Shown: positions 1 through 12,100 of the stretch, piece after piece
Layout: each line of letters starts with the position of its first letter
Position numbering within the stretch: the stretch's first letter is position 1
DNA from: Antedon mediterranea
Taxonomy: Eukaryota > Animalia > Echinodermata
Length of the DNA stretch: 64,000 bases
Direction: 5' to 3'
NCBI RefSeq assembly: GCF_964355755.1
Contig: NC_092677.1
Span: 10,562,101-10,626,100 of the forward strand
Notes under the pieces: model-generated
What the model saw: the letters and a program-made list of their open reading frames with translations, nothing else
What the model was told of the DNA's origin: nothing
Database searches by the model: none
Program-made: the position numbers and the translations under genes

Positions 1-109
1 AGATTTAAATACTAAAAACATACTTGACTATTTAATCAAAATTATGCATAGACCTAATTTATATAGTATAAACATTTGAGAAAACGATTGAAATAACAAA
101 TACACTTAC

Positions 110-3100
110 ATTCATCACAAAAGTTTCCTCGATAGCAAGTTGGACAACTACAGGCATATGTTACACAGCTTCCATCGATCCCAGTACATCCAGCTCCGTT
201 GGCACATTGATTACCATCACAGGCATTTATTACTGCAATAAACATGTAATACATTCCTAAAATTCCATGGTAATCTTGATAGAAGATATAGACGTACTGG
301 GCAACTAAATAGCTCACTACTAGTTATTATATATTTTTTTTCTTATGCCAAAGCCCTAAAGTTAATTTGTTACTCTATGATATTTATATTGGATAGCAGG
401 CGGTAAGTGCCCCTTAAATCAAACCATAGAAAACAGGGCATCATGCTGACATCCCTGCTCAACGCTTACGCGATTATGCTTTTGAATTAGCACCTTCCAT
501 AACAGAATTGTTTAATAGTGCATTAAAACAAGGAATTTTCAAAGATATTTTAAAAAATAAATTCAGCCTTGTATTGGTCTCCGGAATTATTGGAGATACT
601 GATTTCAATGACCTCCACCGTTAGCAAGACATTTTAGATATTTGAGAATAATTAGATGGTACCCGTCTATTGGTTGACGGGTAATATTATTAATACTTTA
701 TGCTCAAACACAATGTTTTAAAATAAGTCTCTTGATTCTAGGATATTGTATTCTACTTACAAGCTTCACAAAATTGTCCAGTGTAACATGATGGACAAGA
801 ACACGTGTATGCTGTACAGGAACCAGCAACCTGGACACAACCACCTCCATTCTGGCAAGCATGGTTAGAACAAGCATTCAACACTGATAAAAAAAACATG
901 ACATGAATTACACACATTGTGTACTAGACTAAGAAGAATAACAATTTAGATTGACTATGAATAATGGTATACAAGTAGAAATGAAAATAAAACTCACAAG
1001 TTTCACAGAATGTTCCAGTATAACATGATGGACAAGAACATGTGTATGCTGTACAGGAACCAGAAACCTGAACACAACCAGCCCCATTCTGACAAGCATT
1101 ATTAGAGCAAGCATTCAACACTGAAACAAAAACAATATAAACAATGGGTATCATAAACAATGGGTATCATAAGCATTCAGCAATGCAATAATAATAAATA
1201 TGAAAAAACAATCAACAAAGCCAGATAAAATTGAAATATAAATGTATTCTTTTTATGTACATCATTAAGATGAAGAATGGACAACCAAAGAAACTCACAA
1301 GTTTCACAGAATTGTCCAGTGTAACATGATGAACAAGAACATGTGTATGCTGTACAGGAACCAGAAACTTGGACACAACCAGCTCCATTCTGACAAGCAT
1401 GGTTAGAGCAAGCATTCAACACTGTTAAAACAAACATGACATGAATTACACACATTGTGTACTAGACTAAGAAGAGTAACAATTTAGATTGACTATGAAT
1501 AATGATATACAAGTAGAAATGAAAATGAAACTCACAAGTTTCACAGAAAGTTCCAGTGTAACATGATGGACAAGAACATGTGTATGCTGTACAGGAACCA
1601 GAAACCTGGACACAACCAGCTCCATTCTGGCAAGCGTTGTTGCTACAAGCATTCAACACTAACATAGAGAAACATTAAAAAACAAATTGATAACAGACAA
1701 ACATTAAACAATTAGACACATTGTAAACCAGACTCCTTTATAATGAGTATACGTTCTTTAAGAAAAACTGGGATCTTACAAGTTTCACAGAATGTTCCAG
1801 TGTAACATGATGGACAAGTACATGTGTATGCTGTACAGGAACCAGAAACCTGGACACAAAATGCTCCATTCTGACAAGCGTTGTTGTTACATGCATTCAA
1901 TACTAACATAGAGAAATATTAAGAACAAATTGATATCACACAAACATGAAATAATTAGACACATTGTGAACCGGATTGAGAAGACATTACTTTATACTGA
2001 GTATACATTGGAAGCTTACAAGTTTCACAGAATGTTCCGGTATAACAGTTTGGACAAGAACATGTGTATGCTGTACAGGAACCAGAAACCTGGACACAAC
2101 CAGCTCCATTCTGACAAGCATTGTTGTTACAAGCATTCAATACTGAAATGAATGATTAAAATGGTTTGACAAAACAAGGACAAGAACAATATAATACAGA
2201 TCATGAAAAACACAAGAAACGAAAAAAACTGACAAGTTTAAGAAAACAAACAATATTAGAAATGACATATTGAATCTTACAAGTTTCACAGAATTGTCCA
2301 GTGTAACATGATGGACAGCTACATGTATATGCTGTACAGGAGCCAGAAACCTGGACACAAGCAGCTCCATTCTGACAAGCATGGTTAGAACAGGCATTCA
2401 ATACTATTGAAGAATAATCCAAAGAAATATTAAATTATAATTATAAGAATCCAATCATAATAATAAATTGACAAGTCAATGGCGTAACACAGAGGCCAGA
2501 GGCCCTGGTTTAGTAAATCTAAGTGGCCCTCCAAGTTCCAACGCTGGAGGCCTCAGGCGTTTTTAGGATTTTCGTCATATTTCAATGCTTGTTTTTTCCT
2601 CTGGGTACTGCTCATGGGCTCCCATAAGCTCCGGGCCCCTGGGTTTAGCCAGTGAGTGCTCATAGCCATTACGCCACTGTGACAAGTTATACACAGATAG
2701 CTAAATGAAAACTTACAAGTTTCACAGAATTGTCCAGTGTAACAGGATGGACAAGAACATGTGTATGCTGTACAGGAACCAGAAACCTGGACACAACCAG
2801 CTCCATTCTGACAAGCATTGTTAGAGCAGGCATTCAACACTAACAATTTAAAGATTTTAGTTTAAGTTAGAATAATTTTACAACTGTTTATTGTATAATA
2901 AAAAAACTAAAAATATTAATACTAGAATACTGTAAATACATTCTTTAAATGCTTAAAAGAATGAATTATAAGGCATGTTAACTTACAAGTTTCACAGAAT
3001 TGTCCAGTGTAACATGATGGACATGAACATGTGTATGCTGTACAGGAACCAGAAACCTGGACACAACCACCTCCATTCTGACAAGCATGGTTGGTACAAG

Positions 3101-6100
3101 CATTTAATACTAATAGAGAGAAACAGTTAAGAACAAATTGAAGAAAAAACACCACTTGGCATAATATTATACACATACTGAAAATTATAAATACAACATA
3201 CACATGTAGCTGTACACGTGTATGCTGCACACAAAGCAGAAACCTGGACACAAGCAGCTCCATTCTGACAATGGCTATCATTAGCATTCAACACTGTAAT
3301 AGTTAGAAATTTATTTTGTAAACATTAAATATACAATCAATATGAGACACAGAAGAATAGACTAGAAGAACACAACTGAAATATAAATTGTAGTTGAAGA
3401 ATGGACAAGAACAGAGACTTACAAGTTTCACAAAACTGTCCAGTATAACATGATGGACAAGAACATGTGTATGCTGTACAGGAACCAGAAACCTGGACAC
3501 AAGCAGCTCCATTCTGACAAGCATTGTTGTTACAAGCATTCAACACTAATATAGAGAAACAGTTAAGAACAAATTGAAGAAAACACTTCGCACAATATTA
3601 TACACATACATATGATGATAAAACAACACTGTAAAGGAAGCCTCATGGATTTTTTTGGAATAACATGACATGTACAAAATACACATGTAGCTGTATATGT
3701 GTATGCTGTACACAACCCAGAGACCTGGACACAAGCAGCTCCATTCTGACAACAATGGTTATCATTAGCATTCAACACTGTAATAGTTAGAAATTTATTT
3801 TGTAAACATTAAATATACAATCAACACGAGACACAGAAGAGAGAATAAAGAGTTACAAATGTATTGTAGTTGAAGAATGGACAAGAACAGAGACTTACAA
3901 GTTTCACAAAATTGTCCAGTATAACATGATGGACAAGAACATGTGTATGCTGTACAGGAACCAGAAACCTGGACACAAGCAGCTCCATTCTGACAAGCAT
4001 TGTTGTTACAAGCATTCAACACTGAAAAGAATGATTAAAATGATTTGACAAAACAAGAACAAGAACAATATAATACAGATCATGGAAAAAAAACTGCCAA
4101 GTTTAAGAAAACCAAAAAATAATAGAAAAGACATGTGAATCTTACAAGTTTCACAAAAGGTTCCAGTGTAACATGATGGACATGTACAAGTGTATGCTGT
4201 ACAGGAACCAGAAACCTGGACACAAGCAGCTCCATTCTGACAAACATGGTTGTCACATGCATTCAATACTGTTACAAACAAAAATAATTTCAGATTACTT
4301 AGATTTAGACAAACAGAAATTATAAACATAGTGTTAACATTGTTAACCAAGACAACAAACTTTAACTTCTTTTACTTATGGTATTTAAATCAAAGCCTAT
4401 TGTAACAAATCAGGACTCTGCGATATTTGGTTGGCATTTTACCAAGACCAAGTTTTGAGAGATGTGGGACACAAAGTAGAAATTTCCAGATCAATTATAA
4501 AACTATAATAAATATAGCCTGGCTGCACCAGGCTAATGTCTACTATAAATATTTAGAAACCATATAGAAATTGTCGAGACGAGACAGCTTGACAAGATCA
4601 AAAGAAGCGTTCAAACTATATATAAATTTATATAAACTTTATAGAAATTTGTACAGAAATTGTAAAAGACATGTTCTAACTAACTACGAACCTAATCATA
4701 CTAAATGTTAATTACTTTAAATGGAAAGTTACATTAAAGAAAAACTTACAAGTTTCGCAGAACTGTCCAGTGTAACATGATGGACAGGTACATGTGTATG
4801 CTGTACAGGAACCAGCAACCTGGACACAACCACCTCCATTCTGACAAGCATTGTTAGAGCAGGCATTCAGCACTAACAATATAAAGATTTTAATTAAATT
4901 TAGAATAATTTGACATTGTTTACTGTATATAACTATTTACTGTATAATAAAGAACTACAAATATTAATACTGTCTATAAGTTCTTGAAGTGCTTTAACAA
5001 GTTAAAATGAAATATAGGGCAAGTTAACTTACAAGTTTCACAAAAGCCTCCAGTGTAACATGATGGACAGGTACATGTGTATGCTGTACAGGAACCAGAA
5101 ACCTGGACACAAGCAGCTCCACTCTGACAAGAATGGCTGGAACAAGCATTCAATACTATTGAAGAATATTCAAAAGAAATATTAAGTATAAAATTGTAAA
5201 AATCCAGATTCAGATTCAGTTCGATTTATTAAGTCATTCATACATAGTATAATGATAATTGTTTTCTTGGCAGAAAAACACAAGCAAAACAATACACACA
5301 TAATATTTACATTCGTGATCAACTTGGAACTAACAACAACAACAATTGATCAAGCAATTTAAAAATAAACCATTATGAAATGATTATGATTATCCAATCA
5401 TAATAAATTGACAAGTTATATATAGTTAGTTAAATAAAAACTTACAAGTTTCACAGAATTGTCCAGTGTAACATGATGGACAGGTACATGTGTATGCTGT
5501 ACAGGAACCAGAAACCTGGACACAAGCAGCTCCATTCTGACAAGCATTGTTGTTACAAGCATTCAACACTAATATAGAGAAATGGTTAAAAACAAATAAA
5601 CAAAAAAATAAACCTACACTTGTAAACACATACAGTCGATGTTAAATACAACATACACATGTAGCTATTCATGTGTATGTTGTTCAAAAACCAGAAACCA
5701 GGAAACAAGCAGCTTCATTTTGGCAATGTTAGTTATAGAAATTTATTTTGTAAACATTATATATACAACCAACATGAGACAAAGAAGAGAGAATTCAACA
5801 GAAATATAAATTATAGTAAAAGAATAGACAACTACAGAGACTTACAAGTTTCACAAAATTGTCCAGTGTAACATGATGAGCAGGTACATGTGTATGCTGT
5901 ACAGGAACCAGAAACCTGGACACAAAATGCTCCATTCTGACAAGCATTGTTATTACAAGCATTCAACACTAACATAGAGAAACATTAAGAACAAATTGAT
6001 ATCACACAAACATTAAACAATTAGACACATTGTGAACCAGACTGAGAAGACATTACTTCATACTACGTATACATTTTTTATTTAAGAAAGTTTTAAGAAA

Positions 6101-9100
6101 CATAAAATAAATTTCAGATTACTTAAAATGTAAAGAAACAGAAATTATAAACATAGCATAAACATTTTAACCTAGACAACAAACTCACACAAAACTTCTT
6201 TTTAGACAGAAAGTTACATTAAGGGAAAACTTACAAGTTTCGCAGAATGTTCCAGTGTAACATGATGGACAGGAACATGTGTATGCTGTACAGGAACCAG
6301 AAACCTGGACACAACCACCTCCATTCTGACAAGCATTGTTAGAGCAAGCATTCAACACTGATAAAAAAAACATGACATGAATTACACACATTGTACTAGA
6401 CTAAGAAGAGTAATAATTAAGAGTGACTATGAATAATGATATACAAGTAGAAATGAAAATAAAACTCACAAGTTTCACAGAATGTTCCAGTATAACATGA
6501 TGGACAAGAACATGTGTATGCTGTACAGGAACCAGAAACCTGAACACAACCAGCCCCATTCTGACAAGCATTGTTAGAGCAAGCATTCAACACTGAAACA
6601 AAAAACAATATAAACAATGGGTATCATAAACAATGGGTATCATAAGCATTCAGCAATGCAATAATAATAAATATGAAAAAACAATCAACAAAAGACAAAA
6701 TTGAAATATAAATGTATTCCTTTTATGTACATCATTAAGATGAAGAATGGACAACCAAAGAAACTCACAAGTTTCACAGAATTGTCCAGTGTAACATGAT
6801 GAACAAGAACATGTGTATGCTGTACAGGAACCAGAAACCTGGACACAAGCAGCTCCATTCTGACAAGCATTGTTATTACAAGCATTCAACACTAACATAG
6901 AGAAACATTAAGAACAAATTGATATCACACAAACATTAAACAATTAGACACATTGTGAACCAGACTGAGAAGACATTAATTCATACTACGTATACATTTT
7001 TTATTTAAGAAAAACTGGGATCTTTCAAGTTTTAAGAAACATAAAATAAATTTCAGATTACTTAAAATGTAAAGAATCAGAAATTATAAACATAGCATAA
7101 ACATTTTAACCAAGACAACAAACTCACACAAAACTTCTTTTTAGACAGAAAGTTACATTAAGGGAAAACTTACAAGTTTCGCAGAACTGTCCAGTATAAC
7201 ATGATGGACAGGAACATGTGTATGCTGTACAGGAACCAGAAACCTGGACACAAGCAGCTCCATTCTGACAAGCATTGTTAGAGCAGGCATTCAACACTAA
7301 CAATTTGAAGATTTTAGGTCAAGTTAGAATAATTTTACAACGGTTTACTGTATAATAAAAAAACTAAAAATATTAATACTAAAATACTGTAAATACATTA
7401 CTGAAATGCTTCAAAGAATGAATTATAAGGCATTTTAACTTACAAGTTTCACAAAAGGTTCCAGTATAACATGATGGACAGGAACATGTGTATGCTGTAC
7501 AGGAACCAGAAACCTGGACACAAGCAGCTCCATTCTGACAAGCATTGTTGTTACAAGCATTCAACACTATACACAAATTACATAGCCTATTATTTACGCT
7601 ACATTATTTACACACATAAGAATTCAAAGTGACATGTGTATTTTTTCAATAATGCTAAAGGGGTACAAATGGAAACGAAAAGTTTCACAAAATTGTCTTT
7701 TAAAGAAAATTCCCAACATATTTTATGATGAACCAATACATAACATATCCCAAATAATGAATGTTTATTAGTGCAAACGGATAACTATTTTCATGAGGTG
7801 AAAGATGAAAGGTTATATTTTCATAAGGTGAAAGATGGAAATATAACATTTCATCAGTATATGTCATCAATCTTCTTTTCTGATGATTCAATATCTTGTA
7901 TAGTTTCCATTAATTAATAAAAATCATACAAACGATTTAAAGAAAATTTAAATACTTTTTTGGTCTAATAGTATATACGCTCTCCAAAAATGTTAGTTCT
8001 GATCCAGTGCCATTTTAATGTTATTGTTTATATGTCAAAACCAAGCAAAACATAGGCGGTGCTATAAGATTTCATGCGGGAATGTTCATCAAAGTTGACA
8101 AACATTTTTTCTATAAAACAGACTATTGCACTCTCATAAACATAATCAAGAGTTCCATAGTATACATCTATTGAATATCATGTGACCCACAATCCTCCAA
8201 TCAACTGACAAAAATATATTCAGGTGTCTTATACAATACAGAATAAGGGAAATCATCAATGGGAAATATTTAATGATAACCAAAAGACTGAATATAGCTT
8301 CAGTCATTTGTTCTTGTTTGTGAGCATTTCAGAGGTATTTCTTTTTATTGTCATTAAATGTTATTGTTAAGTGATGTACAGTACAGTAGTAAGTGACTAT
8401 GAATTCATAATTAAATTTATGAAGAAAAAAAACCTCAGCAATTGCGAAACTTGTTTCATTTACTTTCAAATATTATCTTTCTTTCTTTCTTAATTTTAAA
8501 CATATAATTCAATAAAAATAAAGGAAGAATTTGAATGGAAAAGAATGTTTAGAATTTAAAAAAAAGAAAACTTACAGGTTTCACAGAATTGTCCAGTATA
8601 ACATGATGGGCAGGTACATGTGTATGCTGTACAGGAACCAGAAACCTGGACGCAAGTAGCTCCATTCTGACAAACATTTGTGTCGCATGCATTGAGTACT
8701 ACTCAGTAGCAGAGATAGAGAATAATTAGATAAAAACCAATTGTGCACAGTGTTTAGAATAAGGAAAAGAACTAAAAGTACAGTGAATCATTGCTATTAT
8801 TTCAAAACCTTGTGTCTTTATACTTCGCTGAAATTAAGTTATTATACCCAACATGTGTTGCAAGTTATTATTCAATATACTGTATATAGTTTTAATGTAA
8901 TGTATTGTATTGTATTGATATTTTTCATGTTTTATATATTGTATGTGTTTTTAAGCATCAAGGAAAACCAATTTTTCATGTTCGCCTTGTTGTGTTCATG
9001 ACAATAAAGATTTATCTTATCTTATCTTATAAGCGGAAAATTGTGGTTTTTTTAAAAATCTGAGATATTCTTTGATGTTACAATGTTTTAAATACTAATG

Positions 9101-12100
9101 GTGTTTTAATTTACAGAGCCAGAGTGAATGTCTGGGCACAAAAAGCAAAACATTATGCCATTTTACATATACTGTAATTTCAAATACAAGTTAATATCAG
9201 AAATGAATTCATTAAAACATTTTATTGGAATTTGTCATATTTTTTCGTTTTGGGAGGAAAAACAATATAACAAATATATACATAACACGCTGTTTTTGAA
9301 TGAATAGCAATGATATACAGTAATAATGAAGTACCAATAAATATTTTGGTGATGTAACGCAAAGTGGAGAGTGATTTATACAGTACAGTTGGAATACCAG
9401 TGTGCATTATAATCTCTGCATAAACTCTCTCATAGTGTTCCTCGAATAGTTAAAATAGCTATAATAAAGAAACCCCTAAATTAAAACCATAAGTAGTTCA
9501 AATACAAATAAGTGTAATAACTTACAAGTTTCGCAGAACTGTCCAGTGTAACAGGATGGACAGGTACATGTGTATGCTGTGCAGGAACCAGAAACCTGGA
9601 CGCAAGTAGCTCCATTCTGACAAACATTTGTGTCGCATGCATTGAGTACTACTCAGTAGCAGAGATAGAGAATAATTAGATAAAAACCAATTGTGCACAG
9701 TGTTTAGAATAAGGAAAAGAACTAAAAACCTAGCCACAAAAGTACAGTGAATCATTGCTATTATTTCAAAACCTTGTGTCTTTATACTTTGCTAAAATTA
9801 AGTTATTATACCCAACATGTGTTGCAAGTTATTATTCAATATACTGTATATAGTTTTAATGTAATGTATTGTATTGTATTGATATTTTTCATGTTTTATA
9901 TATTGTATGTGTTTTTAAGCATCAAGGAAAACCAATTTCATGTTCGCCTTGTTGTGTTCATGACAATAAAGATTTATCTTATCTTATCTTATATATTTAT
10001 CTTTTAAAAATCTGAGATATTCTTTGATGTTACAATGTTTTAAATACTAATGGTGTTTTAATTTACAGAGCCAGAGTGAATGTCTGGGCACAAAAAGCAA
10101 AACATTATGCCATTTTACATATAATGTAATTTTAAATACAAGTTAATATCAGAAATGAATTCATTAAAACATTTTATTGGAATTTGTCATATTTTTTCGT
10201 TTCGGGAGGAAAAACAATATAACAAATATATCTATAACACGCTGTTTTTGAATGAATAGCAATGATATACAGTAATAATGAAGTACCAATAAATATTTTG
10301 GTGATGTAACGCAAAGTGGAGAGTGATTTATACAGTACAGTTGGAATACCAGTGTGCATTATAATCTCTGCATAAACTCTCTCATAGTGTTCCTCGAATA
10401 GTTAAAATAGCTATAATAAAGAAACCCCTAAATCAAAACCATAAGTAGTTCAAATACAAATAAGTGTAATAACTTACAAGTTTCGCAGAACTGTCCAGTG
10501 TAACAGGATGGACAGGTACATGTGTATGCTGTGCAGGAACCAGAAACCTGGACACAAGCACCTCCATTCTGACAAGCGTTGTTGGAGCAGGCATTCAACA
10601 CTAAAACAAATTAGAAACACGTAAATATACATAAGTCTTAATATATTGTGATTAGTTGATTGAAATGTAAACTTATAGAATTAAATGGAATCTTACAAGT
10701 TTCGCAGAATTGTCCAGTGTAACATGATGGGCAAGAACATGTGTATGCTGTACAGGAACCAGAAACCTGGACACAAAATCCTCCATTCTGACAAGTACTG
10801 GTATCACAAGCATTTATCACTATAAAATAAAAATGAAACCCCTGGACTGTAAACACAATTAACTTGTATCAAGTATAGGAAAAGCAGAAATGAATTGTCT
10901 TTTCTGTTTTCTCTCACTACAATGTAGAAGATGGTGAGCTACAGAAAATTAATATAGACATACCATATTCGTTCAACACTATTTAAGAAATATTTAACAA
11001 AAATATAAAGTAAAAAATACAAATAAATTTACAAGTAAAAATAGACAACTGGATGAAAACTCACAAGTTTCACAAAATTGTCCGGTGTAACATGATGGAC
11101 AAGAACATGAGTATGCGGTACAGGAACCAGAAACCTGGACACAACCAGCTCCATTCTGACAAACATGGTTGGTACAAGCATTCAATACTGATACATAAAA
11201 CAAAATTTCATATCATTTACAAAAAAACAAAATTTTATTTAGGCACACAAAAGTTATGTGATAAGATTATATTTTATTCAAGATTATTAACGAATGGAGA
11301 CGAAGAAAGAAAATGAAACTCACATGTTTCACAGAACTGTCCAGTGTAACATGATGGACAGGTACATGTGTATGCTGTGCAGGAACCAGAAACCTGGACA
11401 CAAGCAGCACCATTCTGACAAGCATTGTTATTACAAGCATTCAACACTAATATCAAACATGAAACAATTAGACACATTATACAACAGACAGAGAAGACAT
11501 TAATTTATACTGACCATGTATTCTTCATTTAAGAAAAACTGTTGGCTTACAAGTTTCACAGAATGTTCCAGTAAAACAGCCTGGACAGGTACATGTGTAT
11601 GCTGTACAGGAACCAGAAACCTGGACACAACCAGCTCCATTCTGACAAGAATGGCTGGAACAAGCATTCAATACTAAAAAAGAAATGCAGATACAGATAA
11701 CTTGTATTGTCCAATTAAACTGTAAATGACATTGCCCACTATATAGTGTAAAAATGTAGTTTAAAATATAATATGACAACAATAATTAATATAATACACT
11801 CTTAAAATTATGGTTAATAGATATTTAAATTAAAATTCAAAGTTATATAGATAGTTCAATGAAATTAACTCACATGTCTCGCAGAATTGTCCAGTATAAC
11901 ATGATGGACAGGTACATGTGTATGCTGTACAGGAACCAGAAATCTGGACACAAGCACCTCCATTCTGACAAGCATGATTGGTACAAGCATTTAATACTAA
12001 AAATTGTCCAATAAAAGATGCATTAATAGTAAACAAACAAAAAGCAGAAAGAATTTTAAATAGTTGTGCAAGTAACCAAAGAACTTATATACAAAAATAG

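Noticed and set aside
7680-7697. aagtttcacaaaattgtc resembling an EGF exon 3' end
   Set aside because: Only ~18 bp with no splice site; may be a relic but too short to call.
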